A stretch of 64,000 nt of DNA from a bacterium (GTDB lineage: Bacteria > UBA8248). Shown here piece by piece: positions 51,226-61,367 of the stretch (the first letter of the stretch is position 1; each line of letters starts with the position of its first letter). The stretch covers positions 736,001 through 800,000 of the forward strand of contig CBDBZU010000004.1 in the NCBI GenBank assembly GCA_965213625.1. The letters run 5' to 3'. A program made the position numbers and the translations under genes. The notes under the pieces are model-generated. The model was not told the DNA's origin and did no database searches. It worked only from the letters and a program-made list of their open reading frames with translations.

Positions 51226-52278
51226 TCAGCGCATCTCGAGATTGTGTTTGAACGTCGCCTCTATTTCGTCGGGTCCTAGAGTGACGCAGCGTATTGCTCC
51301 GTCGATGTTTTCGAGCCGGTGTACGAGAAAGTCCTCGGCATCGAGAGATTGATGCGCCGCTTCCATACACTCGAAACTATGTGTCGATGCAACAACTTGC
51401 GTGTCGAATTGTTTGGCCGCTTCACCGATTGCCCTCCAAACCTTACTCAATACGGAGTGATGGAGGCCGTTTTCTACCTCATCTAGTAGAACAACTCCGC
51501 CCGGTGCGTGAGAAATCGCCAGGATTACACGTGCTACTCGCGTAAGACCCACGCCCATCATCGGTAACGGAGCGAGTTCAGGTAGGCCGATATCGCCCCA
51601 AATCATGGGAACACCGGACGCGGAATTATCCTGGACGCTCTGTAATCTCGGCTCGACGATCCGCAGAGCGTCTACTACGAACTCGCCCTGCTTTCGTTGC
51701 CGAAGCTGCCCGAGGCGTATAGCGTCCTCTTGTAGATTTCCTATACGTGACGAAAGGAACGTAGCTGTAAATGGTGGGTTTGAAGCAGGCGGCTCTATTT
51801 GAATTCCACCGCTTGTCAAGCGGATGCGACCCTCTGCCACTTTTTTAGAGCCCATTTCGAACGAAAATTTGAGGGCAGTTTCATTCAAAAATTCCGTTTT
51901 CAAAGTACGGCTTGAGATATCAAAAGGAAGCTGGATAGTATCTGGCTGATCAAGCGCGATGTTCAATGCTAGAGGACCATGCGCAGTGAAATGACCTTGA
52001 ATTTCCACGACTTTCTTCATGTCGAAATCGGTGAATATCGGTTTCCAAAGTGTCTGAGCCGCAGTCGTCGCCGATCCAATAGCTGAGTCGATTCCACGTA
52101 TCGCGTTGATGCGCATCGCTATCTCAGAGTTCCCAGCACCGCACAATAGGAAAAGCGCTTCGAGCAGGCTCGTCTTGCCGGAGTTGTTTTTCCCTGTAAC
52201 GAGGTTGATCTGCCCCAGGCGAGGAATCTCTAAATCATCGAAAGCGCGAAAATTGTGTATCCGCAAGTTCTTAAACAT
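51226..52278 (-). CDS. AAA_15/AAA_21-type ABC-like ATPase
   Basis: NFRAF, GKNNSGKTSLLEA, LLDEVENGLH, STHS. Confidence 0.9.
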   Translation of the reverse strand: MFKNLRIHNFRAFDDLEIPRLGQINLVTGKNNSGKTSLLEALFLLCGAGNSEIAMRINAIRGIDSAIGSATTAAQTLWKPIFTDFDMKKVVEIQGHFTAHGPLALNIALDQPDTIQLPFDISSRTLKTEFLNETALKFSFEMGSKKVAEGRIRLTSGGIQIEPPASNPPFTATFLSSRIGNLQEDAIRLGQLRQRKQGEFVVDALRIVEPRLQSVQDNSASGVPMIWGDIGLPELAPLPMMGVGLTRVARVILAISHAPGGVVLLDEVENGLHHSVLSKVWRAIGEAAKQFDTQVVASTHSFECMEAAHQSLDAEDFLVHRLENIDGAIRCVTLGPDEIEATFKHNLEMR

Positions 52279-52801
52279 GGTATCGGCTCCAAGAGTGACG
52301 CTTATTAAGCGGAAACCGCATCGTTTTTAACTCAATGCCGAAATGGACATCGTTTCTCAAGGCTAGCACAACTCACCCAGCATTCTAAAGAGACTCGACT
52401 TTGGCTCGGTTCATCTGAATAAGACAAACTGGCGGCTTGTTGAAAGTCGTGGAGATGATACTGGCCGGTAAGGATATTCACGAGCAATTGATGGAGAAGA
52501 TCGGCACCTCGGGAGGGTAATTTTCATTCCTTGGTTGGCAATGACCCTCAAGGGGGAGTGGTTTTCTTTCCTTGATTTCTCATCTTTTTACTCACTTGCA
52601 AAACCTCTGGATTCTGGATGAAACCATTCCGGCATCTCGGCGGAACCATGCCCACGGCATATTGCTCTTTATTAGGTCACAGCAATCACTCGCTCCTCAC
52701 TCGCGATTAACCCTCTTGTGGGAAATGGAATCTAAAGCACGCATTACGAAAACCTGCGCCGCGCGGTTCACAATTGCCGCGTCGCCTTTTTTCTTCTCTG
52801 C

Positions 52802-53212
52802 AAAGCAGGGCGGTTCCCGAACCGCCCCTACAGGTTACCGGATTCAACCATTCCGGCATGAGGGCGAAGTCATGAGCAGGGGCGATTGCTCCTCGGGCGA
52901 GCGCGTTTCACTCCCCCTTGAGGGAGGTATTGAAAAAGCCTTTCTCCAGAGAGCAACCCCCCCTACCCCCCCTTGTCAGGGGGGTAAAGGCGAAGCCCCC
53001 CTGGCGAGGGGCTGTTGAAAAAGCCTCGTCTGCGACCCTCGCAAACCGCTAACACCTCTATCCTCACCCTGAGTAGCGGCGAAGCCGCGTATCGAAGGTC
53101 AATTCCGACTAATGAAGGAGGAATTGCATTCTCGCCCCGGCGCGAGGCGTTTGACTCCCCTCGCCCCTCGATACGGCGCGCAAGCGCGCCTACTCGGGAT
53201 GAGGGGGGAGTG
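52802..53212. repeat. Stacked REP/MITE-like palindromes and IS-end-like motifs
   Basis: GGGCGGTTCCCGAACCGCCCCTAC; TCACTCCCCCTTGAGGGAG; CCCCCCTTGTCAGGGGGG; CCTCACCCTGAGTAG...CTACTCGGGATGAGG (53062-53204); two TTGAAAAAGCC ends. Confidence 0.8.
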
Positions 53213-53252
53213 ATTCCCGAACTGCGTCTCACGGGATACAAAATGCAATTCC

Positions 53253-54302
53253 TCATTTCTTCGCTCCAAATGCGCCCTTCACTTGCTTGCCGGAAGAGCT
53301 GAAGGTGAACGTCGCGCCAATAGCCTGATGCGAATCTCCGTAAAATGAACCGCTCATCGTCCCATAATCCGCATTTCGAGTGTGACCCAGGTTCCTGAGG
53401 GACGCGGGAAGACTAATGCAAGGAGACTGGCCGCAGGTCGTGTTGCCCGGATCGCCTGCGTCCGGCTTGACGTCTGAAAAGCTGAACGTGCCATCGGAAT
53501 TAACAATGCCATACCCGGCGTAGCGATGGTTCGGGTCGGTCACGACTTTTTTATACTTCACTTCGCCGTTTTCCAGTACGGCGAATGCCCCTGCTTCGTT
53601 TTCTGTTGCAGTCTCCAGTATGCCGTAACCCGGCATCACCCAACCGACGTTACTGATGCCTTCCGCTTTTCCATCATGCGTCCGGTGCTGCATGCTCCAG
53701 AATCGAATCCTCAGCTGATCGACAGAGCTCCGCGTCCAGAATTTCGCGGGTGAAAACACAGCGCTCACGTTGCCCGTAACCGCCGCGCCTATGTTTCGGC
53801 TATCACTGTCGTTCACCAAGGTTCCCGACAGCTTCCCGCTATAGAAATAATTTGCGATCTCGGTCGCTACGCTTCCGGTTCTCGAACCGCTCACGCTCCA
53901 CGTCGTACTCGCGCCCGATCCGCTTGAACCAATGCTGACGTATCCACCGGAATAATGGCTCCAAGAGCCGTGAGACTGATAATTCGTGTTGCCCGCCTGT
54001 TGCTGTTCTACCTGCGGCTGTAAGTTTTGCGGTTCCGTGTCCTGTTCTGAAAGTTGCGGTATCGCGTTTACAACCGAAACAGAATCATATGATTTGAATA
54101 GCGCCTCCGCATGGCTTGGCGTATCATCGGAAGATGTCGGCGAGGTCAGCGGCAACACGGCCGGCGGGGGGCTTGTCACCAGGCTCCCTCCACCCCCGCC
54201 GCATCCGCTCATCATGAATATCGTGAGATTCAGCGCCGTCCACAACAGGGTCGTTAGAAGTGCTTTTGTTCCTGCTTTTGCAACTTCGCCGCTATTGTAC
54301 AT
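53253..54302 (-). CDS. Surface lipoprotein with TbpB-like C-terminal beta-barrel
   Basis: MSG-C-GGGGGS lipobox; C-terminal MSGSFYGDSHQAIGATF...VKGAFGAKK. Confidence 0.78.
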   Translation of the reverse strand: MYNSGEVAKAGTKALLTTLLWTALNLTIFMMSGCGGGGGSLVTSPPPAVLPLTSPTSSDDTPSHAEALFKSYDSVSVVNAIPQLSEQDTEPQNLQPQVEQQQAGNTNYQSHGSWSHYSGGYVSIGSSGSGASTTWSVSGSRTGSVATEIANYFYSGKLSGTLVNDSDSRNIGAAVTGNVSAVFSPAKFWTRSSVDQLRIRFWSMQHRTHDGKAEGISNVGWVMPGYGILETATENEAGAFAVLENGEVKYKKVVTDPNHRYAGYGIVNSDGTFSFSDVKPDAGDPGNTTCGQSPCISLPASLRNLGHTRNADYGTMSGSFYGDSHQAIGATFTFSSSGKQVKGAFGAKK

Positions 54303-54581
54303 TTTGATTCCCCTTTGCCGTTACGTGGGCGCTCCATCGAGGTTTGCGTTTTTCGCGCCCCCGAGGTATGCGCCCGCAAGGTATGAGCCAATGAGGAATG
54401 CGCATTTTGCCTGTTCGATACCTGTACGCCGCAAATCATAACCAGACAGTGAGTACCTGAATGTATTCTGCGATTCCTCTCTCCCCGGTCGGAAACCGCA
54501 ATCCACAACGCTTTCCGATCTGTCGTATCGTTGTTGCCCCCGCTTAATCGGCGCGTCGAGAAGTTGAATTTCCTCATCCGG

Positions 54582-54690
54582 AAAGCAGGGCGGTTCGCGA
54601 ACCGCCCCTCTCGACGGGAAAAGCTGCAAACACCCGCTCTTCGGGCCTGTTGAAAAAGCCCCCCTGACAAGGGGGGTCGGGGGGTTGCTT
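54582..54690. repeat. REP-like palindromes and IS-end-like motif
   Basis: AAAGCAGGGCGGTTCGCGAACCGCCCC; GGGCCTGTTGAAAAAGCC (54643-54660); CCCCCTGACAAGGGGGG. Confidence 0.78.
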
Positions 54691-54922
54691 AGCCAACCGA
54701 GAGGGGCGACCTCACTACCCCCTAAAAAGAAAACACTTCCAACAACCCACCTTGTTTCAAGCCTGTTGCCGCGTACCCCGAAAGCGGCTACCATTCAGGA
54801 GTCGAAACGCGCAACCTGGAAGATGATGACGCTGTAATGGGGATGGTTTCCCGTCACAGGGGAGCGGGCGCGGCTCACGCCTGCAACCGCTCTTCAGGGG
54901 CGCATCGCAAAAAGGAGAAGGA

Positions 54923-55022
54923 GGGGGTTACTCATTTTTCCCACTCCCGGCCTGAGGACCCAACTCCTACCGGGATTGGTACTGACTACTCCACGAGGTC
55001 AAGCAGCAAATGAGTAACCCCC
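54923..55022. ncRNA. Candidate structured RNA, copy 1 (family unknown)
   Basis: 15-bp closing stem GGGGGTTACTCATTT/AAATGAGTAACCCCC; inner TCCCGG..CCGGGA hairpin; ACTCCACGAGGTCAAGC motif. Confidence 0.5.
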
Positions 55023-55114
55023 AATTCTTCATTCTCATCATTCCGGCCGCAGGTTCGCGATGCGCGCTAGAAACGCATTCCCGCTATTCATCTTCGATAT
55101 GCCGATAAAATAAA

Positions 55115-55210
55115 GGGGGTTACTCATTTGCCTTCCATTCCCTGTCGGTGGGTACAACCGACAGGAAGCGGGTGCGACTCCACGAGGTTAAGCTGCGAAT
55201 GAGTAACCCC
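55115..55210. ncRNA. Candidate structured RNA, copy 2 (family unknown)
   Basis: Same closing stem; inner CCTGTCGGT..ACCGACAGG hairpin; ACTCCACGAGGTTAAGC motif. Confidence 0.5.
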
Positions 55211-56033
55211 CATTTTTCCTCTTTATCTACGTCCGCGCGTTCCGGATACGCCCTTGAAACCCACCCCCTCGGCGCCGCTTCCGCCGTAAAAGCCCGGTAG
55301 CGTCATCGCCCGCAACGTGCGGCATGCGGGAATATCGAGCCTCTCGTTTGAACCCCCGTGAAACGGCATGCGCCACGCTTCCTTTCTCCGCTCCGGTACC
55401 GAAGATTCTCGCGCCTGGATTCATGGCGATGCGCTTCGGGTCGATTCGGCGGCGTCATTGCTTCTTTGTTGAGATTCGCTTCTTCCCCAATTGGCGGAAC
55501 GGTTGCCGTTCCAATTTGACCAATCGTTCATTTTCTTTTATATTGCACCTATCGCATCAGTTTGCCGCTCAAAATGCCGCTTTTTCATGCTTAGGTTGAT
55601 TCAATCATCATGAAGCCGCATGACCCATACAATCCTCCCAATTCCACACGCGGATTGATTCACTCAGGTCCACGGACGAAGTCCGGGCTGGTTGGCATAC
55701 AATCCACGATTTGGAAGAAAAGTGGGTTCCCGCCTATTTCAACTCTCGGGAAGAGTCGTCTTGTATTCAGCGGGCAGCCCGTGAAATCGACCACACATGG
55801 ATTGTATGCCGGGTAAAATAGTGGGGGATTGAACCTGACTTGTCAAGAGGAAAAATGAAATTCTTGAACAGACATTACAATTTCTTTAAGAAACCCCCGT
55901 ATCGTCCGGGAACAAGAGAATCCGAAACCCCCTTCTCCCCCGATTGGCGGTAATCCCGCACCCCGCACACGACTCAAATACACCTGGTGGCGAATCCCGG
56001 CGCGCGGCGCGGGCTTTTTGAACCCTGCTCCGG

Positions 56034-56471
56034 TTACTTCTGCGCCCAGTCGGGAATCTCCTCGCCCTCGGGGACGTACTGCACCAGCTCAATCGCGAGG
56101 CCGCCCGTGGTGGCCGCGTTCGTGAAGGTGATGACCCCGCCGCGCGAGCCGTAGGTGGGCGCGAGGACGAACTCGACGCCCTTCTCCTCCCATTCGGCCA
56201 TCGTGGCCCTCAAGTCGTCAACGACGAAGCATATATGGTGCAGCCCCTCGCCGCGCGCGGCGATGAACCGGTTGAGCGGCGCGTCGGGGTCGCTCATCTC
56301 CACGAGCTCCATCACGGCGCCTTCGGCCTCATAGAAATCGAGCCGGGCGGTGTTGCCGGGCCGCTCATACACCTTTCTTTCGAGAAACTTAAAGCCCAGC
56401 AAATCCGCCATCACGTTCTTCTTTTCATCCAGATTGCTCACGGCGTAGCCCAGGTGATCCACTTTCGGCAT
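56034..56471 (-). CDS. VOC family protein (methylmalonyl-CoA epimerase-like)
   Basis: DHLGYAV, MELVE, GEGLHHICFVVDD, IELVQ. Confidence 0.88.
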   Translation of the reverse strand: MPKVDHLGYAVSNLDEKKNVMADLLGFKFLERKVYERPGNTARLDFYEAEGAVMELVEMSDPDAPLNRFIAARGEGLHHICFVVDDLRATMAEWEEKGVEFVLAPTYGSRGGVITFTNAATTGGLAIELVQYVPEGEEIPDWAQK

Positions 56472-56770
56472 TTTTCAAAACCCCTCTCAGAATCGAGAAA
56501 ACAAAAGACGATAGATGCGACAGACCGCCCGCAGGCTACCGCGTCCCCGCGCCCGCGCGCAAATTCCGGCAGGCCAGGCGAACGCTTTTCGCTCACGGGC
56601 AACAGGCGCCCGCACGAAAATACGCTCATAAAGAAAAAACGGCTCGCTCCAGGCGCCCGTCCGGCGGAGCAGCCACCCCATCGGGGCAGCACACATCGGG
56701 GTGGCCTCACGAAGGAGCGGTATGTATACTCAGCCTCTTTTCCGAAACGAAGAGGATTCTCGACTAACGC

Positions 56771-57655
56771 ATGTCCACCATAATGCCGCTTTTGAACATC
56801 GTCTTCCCGGTCATGGCGGTGATCGGCATCGGCTACTTCTACGGCAGATGGAAAAAGTTCGACCCCAGGGTGCTGGCCGAACTCGTACTGTTCCTGCTCG
56901 CCCCCGCCGTGATGTTCGACGCCCTCGCGCGCCAGAACATCGTGTCGGACGAACTGATCAAGGCGGGCGTCTTCTCCACGCTCATCCAGGTCATCCCGGG
57001 CGGGGTCGCCTGGGTCATCAAGCGCGCGACGGGCATGACGCAGCGCTCCTTCGTGCCCAGCGTGATGCTCATGAACTCCGTCTCGCTGCCCTATCCCCTG
57101 GCGCTTCTGGCCCTCGGCGAGGCGGGCCTGGCCCAGACGGTGCTGCTCTCCATACCGAACGTGTTCATCTCCTTCACGCTGGGGATCATGGCCTACGGCG
57201 GGAGCGCCGACGTCAGGGAGCCGCTCAAGATGCCCGCCCTGTATGCGGCGACGGCGGGCATCATCATCGCGCTGGCGGCGATCCCCGTGCCCAAGTTCAT
57301 CCTGCGCTTCTCGCACCTGACCGGGCGCGGCATGTTCCCGGTGGAGCTCTTCACGCTGGGCTACCGGCTCCGCTCCATCCGGGCGTCGGATTTCAAAATC
57401 AGCCTCATCGTGGCGGGACTTCGGTTCGGACTCGGCTTCGCGCTGGCCTGGGTTCTGTGCGAGGCCTTCGCGCTCACGGGCGCGTTCCGCGCGTCGCTCT
57501 TTTTGATGTCGTGCATGCCGCCCGCCGTGCTAAACTACATTTTCGCCGAGCGCTATAGCGACGAAGGCTCGCTGGCCGCATCCATCGTGTTCACGGGCAC
57601 GGCGCTGAGCCTCGTCACCACGCCCCTGCTCCTGCTCTACCTGGGCGTTTCATAA
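56771..57655 (+). CDS. AEC (auxin efflux carrier) family transporter
   Basis: IVFPV, PAVMF, MNSVSLPYP, MPPAVLNYIFAERY. Confidence 0.9.
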   Translation: MSTIMPLLNIVFPVMAVIGIGYFYGRWKKFDPRVLAELVLFLLAPAVMFDALARQNIVSDELIKAGVFSTLIQVIPGGVAWVIKRATGMTQRSFVPSVMLMNSVSLPYPLALLALGEAGLAQTVLLSIPNVFISFTLGIMAYGGSADVREPLKMPALYAATAGIIIALAAIPVPKFILRFSHLTGRGMFPVELFTLGYRLRSIRASDFKISLIVAGLRFGLGFALAWVLCEAFALTGAFRASLFLMSCMPPAVLNYIFAERYSDEGSLAASIVFTGTALSLVTTPLLLLYLGVS

Positions 57656-57861
57656 GGGCAGGGATTGTCGACGAACCGCAGCAACGGGAGTTGACCAATT
57701 TCTGATTCCATGATTTCGCGAATGAAACCTACCGGGGAGGGAGGTCCGTAGGGACAGGCCTCCGTGCCTGTCCGAGGTCGCGACCTTGGACCGTTCTTGT
57801 GAATGGCCCACTACAAGATTTCGCTGCTCCTCAATCATCAATCGCGTCAATCACTCCTTCA

Positions 57862-58575
57862 TCAATCGTGCTCGACCCCGCGGCCGGCCTTGTCCTTCAG
57901 CCAGAGCCTTAAAGGCTCCTGAAAGTAGACCGCCGCCGCCCCGCAAATCACCATGACCACCAGCAGGGCGACCACCATCCCGTATTGCTCCTTGTACATC
58001 CCGGCCCCCTGGATGCCCAGCATGATGGTGCCGGGGATTCTCCCCAGAAACGCGATGAGCACGAACGTCAGGGTCTTGAGGGGGCTCAGGCCCAGCAGGT
58101 AGCACATGTAGTCCTTGGGAAAGCCGGGAATCGAGAACAGGATGAACGCGATAAATGCGCCCCTGTTCGAGATGAGAAAATCGAATTTATCGAGAATCAC
58201 GGGCGGTATGAGTTTTTCCACGAATGGACGCCCCAGCCTCCGCCCGATGTAGAACGCGAGGAAGCTGCCTATCGTCAGGCCGACGGTGCTCAGGATCGTC
58301 GCTGTGAGCGCGCCGTACACGAACCCGCCGAGAAAGCCCGTCAGTTCGCCGGGTATGGGGGAGAAGACCACCTGGAGCACCTGCACGCCGATGAACACGA
58401 CCGGCCCCCAGTGGCCGAAGGAGTGAATCCAGTCCCTGAACCTCTCTTTCTTGTCCTGGAGCTTTATGAGGTACGCCCAGGCGTCGTCTATCTGCCCCCA
58501 CAAGAGGTAGGCGAGCACCACCGCCGCCAGCAGGCAGAGCCCCGCCATCCACAGAATTTTCGTCTTGCCGTTCAA
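57862..58575 (-). CDS. TVP38/TMEM64 (DedA/VTT) membrane protein
   Basis: QVVFSPIPGE, IPGFPKDYMCYLLGL, GRIPG. Confidence 0.9.
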   Translation of the reverse strand: MNGKTKILWMAGLCLLAAVVLAYLLWGQIDDAWAYLIKLQDKKERFRDWIHSFGHWGPVVFIGVQVLQVVFSPIPGELTGFLGGFVYGALTATILSTVGLTIGSFLAFYIGRRLGRPFVEKLIPPVILDKFDFLISNRGAFIAFILFSIPGFPKDYMCYLLGLSPLKTLTFVLIAFLGRIPGTIMLGIQGAGMYKEQYGMVVALLVVMVICGAAAVYFQEPLRLWLKDKAGRGVEHD

Positions 58576-58753
58576 CTTGGGTTTTCCTCGTGCGGGCTAT
58601 GAAGTGCTTGGCGCCAAAACAAATCATTACATACCACCAAATCCCTTGCATGGGTAACTGAAAAATCATATCCGCGCAATTGTTGACAAGAGAACCGCTC
58701 GCGCCCCAAGATCGTTGGTTCACGAGACTTATCCTGTTTCGCCTGGAGAAGAG

Positions 58754-59995
58754 ATGGTCGACGCCCGCCCGAACGCGCACCCCGATAACTTAAACGCAAA
58801 CGCCGCGCAATCAGGCGAGAGTTGTTTGAGCGCGGGCGAGCTCACGAGCAAGGTCAAGGAATGCGCCTTCGCGCACGGCTTCGACCTGGCCGCCGTAGCG
58901 CCACCCGGCCTGGGCGAGGCGCACGGGCGATACGTCGAGTGGATAGAACGCGGCTACGCGGGCGAGATGAGCTATCTCTCGAGAAACCCCTACGTGCGCG
59001 GCGATTTGCGCCGCCTCTGGCCGGAGACGCGCGCCGCCCTCGTGGTCGCCATGCAGTACAAGCCCGAGCGCGAGACGCCCTACGCAAAGGGCCAAGGCAA
59101 AATCGCGCGCTACGCCCACGGCGGGGATTACCACAAGTTCATGAAGAAACGTCTCATCCGCGTTCTGCGCGACCTGAAAGAATTCGACCCCGGCGTCGAG
59201 GGAAGAAGCTACGTGGATACGGGCCCCCTGCTCGAGCGCGACCTGGCCGTCCTGGCGGGCCTCGGCTGGAAAGGAAAGAACTCGCTCCTCCTCTCGCGCA
59301 AGCTTGGGAGCTATTTCTTTTTGGGCTGTCTTCTCCTGAACCGCCCACTTGAGGCGGACGCGCCCTTTTACGAGGAGCACTGCGGCACGTGCACGCGGTG
59401 CATCGACGATTGCCCGACCGACGCCATCATCGCGCCCGGCGTGGTGGACGCGCGGCGCTGCATCTCATACCTCACCATCGAGCTCAGAGGCCCGATGCCC
59501 AGGGAACTCCGCGCTCCGGTGGGCGCGCATATCTTCGGCTGCGACATCTGCCAGGAGGTCTGCCCCTGGAACGACGACGTCCCCCATGCGCGCGAGCCGA
59601 GGTTCGACCCCCGCCCGGCGGCGCTGGCTCCCGACCTGCACGCGTTCGCCGCGATGGACGAGCAGCAGTTCCAAAAGGCGTTTCGCGGCACGCCCGTCAT
59701 GCGCGCGCGCTACGGCGGGTTTCTCCGAAACGTCATCGTCGCCATCGGCAACACGGGGGGTGCGGAGAGCTTGGCAATCCTCACCCGCGCGCTGGAGCAC
59801 CGCGAACCCCTCGCCCGAGGCCACGCCGCATGGGCGCTCGCCCGGGTCGGTAAGCGAATCCGCGATGAGCGCGCGCGCCTCGCTCTGGAGGCCAGGCTCG
59901 AAGTCGAAAGAGACGCCTGGGTGCGCGAGGAGATAGAACTCGCCCTCGGCGAATTCTCCCTGATGTCGCTGCCTGTGGTTGGTCGGGGGGAGTGA
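58754..59995 (+). CDS. queG: tRNA epoxyqueuosine reductase
   Basis: IARYA.GGDYH, VDTGPLLER, CGTCTRCIDDCPT, CISYLTIE, GCDICQEVCPWN; start position uncertain. Confidence 0.95.
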   Translation: MVDARPNAHPDNLNANAAQSGESCLSAGELTSKVKECAFAHGFDLAAVAPPGLGEAHGRYVEWIERGYAGEMSYLSRNPYVRGDLRRLWPETRAALVVAMQYKPERETPYAKGQGKIARYAHGGDYHKFMKKRLIRVLRDLKEFDPGVEGRSYVDTGPLLERDLAVLAGLGWKGKNSLLLSRKLGSYFFLGCLLLNRPLEADAPFYEEHCGTCTRCIDDCPTDAIIAPGVVDARRCISYLTIELRGPMPRELRAPVGAHIFGCDICQEVCPWNDDVPHAREPRFDPRPAALAPDLHAFAAMDEQQFQKAFRGTPVMRARYGGFLRNVIVAIGNTGGAESLAILTRALEHREPLARGHAAWALARVGKRIRDERARLALEARLEVERDAWVREEIELALGEFSLMSLPVVGRGE

Positions 59996-60211
59996 GAGGC
60001 CGCGCGAGAACATTTTCTAATCATTCCGAAACGAAAAAGACGGTTGCGCTCTTGCATTTTCCACGCCAAATTTTGACTCGTCTGATTAGATAAGATTATA
60101 CTTGCGAAACAAACGCCGGGTTTTGGAGGAAATGTGATGTTTTCATATGCGCAAACAGAGATGGTTTGCGACAATGCCACAACTCTTCCACCTTCCAGGC
60201 GATCCGAATAA

Positions 60212-61367
60212 ATGCCGAATCGCGTTGCGATCAAACCGGAACTTCTCAAGTGGGCGCGTGTACGCGCTGGCATCGAAGTCGACCAACTCGCCCGGAACCG
60301 GAAATTTTCGAGATACCGCGAGTGGGAAAGTGGCGAAGTGCATCCGACACTGAAGCAACTCGAAGATTTCGCAAAAAAAAACCCATGCGCCCATAGGATA
60401 TTTTTTTCTCCCTGAACCACCCGAAGAATCGATCCCGATCTATGATTTCCGAACCATCGGTAGTTCGCCCCTAAGAGGTGAGGCAAGTCCCGATTTGCTC
60501 GACACTCTCGATCTTTGCCAAGAACGGCAGGAATGGTATCGAGACCATCTGCTGGCGGAAGGTGGGAGTCGGCTATCATTCGTCGGTTCCGCAACCTTGG
60601 ATGATGACATCGAAGCAGTCGCAGAGCGTATACGAAGCGCGCTCAAGTTCGACATAGAGGAACGCGCCGCGCTCGGAAACTGGACTGGCGCCTTGCGTCG
60701 TTTTATCGCTCAGGCCAATGAGGTTGGGGTGCTGGTGATGATGAACGGCGTCGTCGGCAACAATCCGCATCGCAAGCTCAATCCCGATGAGTTCCGGGGC
60801 TTCACGCTGGTGGATGATATCGCCCCACTCGTTTTCATCAACGGGGCGGACACGAAAGCTGCGCAGATGTTTACTCTGGCGCATGAACTGGCACACGTTT
60901 GGTTGGGCCAAACCGCGCTTTCCGACAGCCGCCCGAATTCGATGCCATCGAACAGAACCGAATTCTGGTGCAATAAAGTAGCGGCTGAACTCCTGGTTCC
61001 GCTCGCTGTCCTGCGTGAAGAATACCGCAGAGGAGGGGAGTTGTCCGGAGAGCTTGCTCGCTTGGCGCGTCGGTTCAAAGTGAGCAAATTGGTCGTCCTG
61101 CGCCGAATATACGACGCCAGGAGACTGAACCGGAAGCAATTCCAGGAAGCCTACAGAGCCGAATTAATGAAGTTGCAAAATTTTTCCACGAGCGGTGGTG
61201 GTAATTTCTATGCAACGGAAATAACCCGTGTCGGCGAACGCTTCGCACGCGCCGTAATCGCCAGCACGCTGGAAGGCGGAACGCTGTACCGTGACGCCTT
61301 TCATCTGCTGGGTTTCTCAAGACTGGATACTTTCAGGAATCTTGCAGACAGGCTGAACCTGAACTAA
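60212..61367 (+). pseudogene. HTH-ImmA/IrrE metallopeptidase, +1 frameshift in an A9 run at 60373-60381
   Basis: IKPELLKWAR..PTLKQLEDFAKK; removing one A gives THAPIGYFFLPEPP..DFRT, in frame with FTLAHELAH. Confidence 0.85.

Noticed and set aside
55141-55170. c-di-GMP-II riboswitch (GTACAACCGAC resembles its 3' motif)
   Set aside because: The motif is absent from copy 1 and the rest of the consensus could not be placed.
54923-55210. CRISPR array or integron attC sites
   Set aside because: Repeats alternate in orientation, inner segments are homologous rather than unique spacers, no cas or intI gene is present, and ends do not fit RYYYAAC..GTTRRRY.
55610-55821. Short ORFs in the 55.6-55.8 kb gap
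   Set aside because: No convincing RBS or motif; a gene remnant cannot be supported.
56472-56486. TTTTTCAAAACCCC as an IS right end
   Set aside because: It overlaps the RBS/start of the VOC gene and lacks the CAACAG core.
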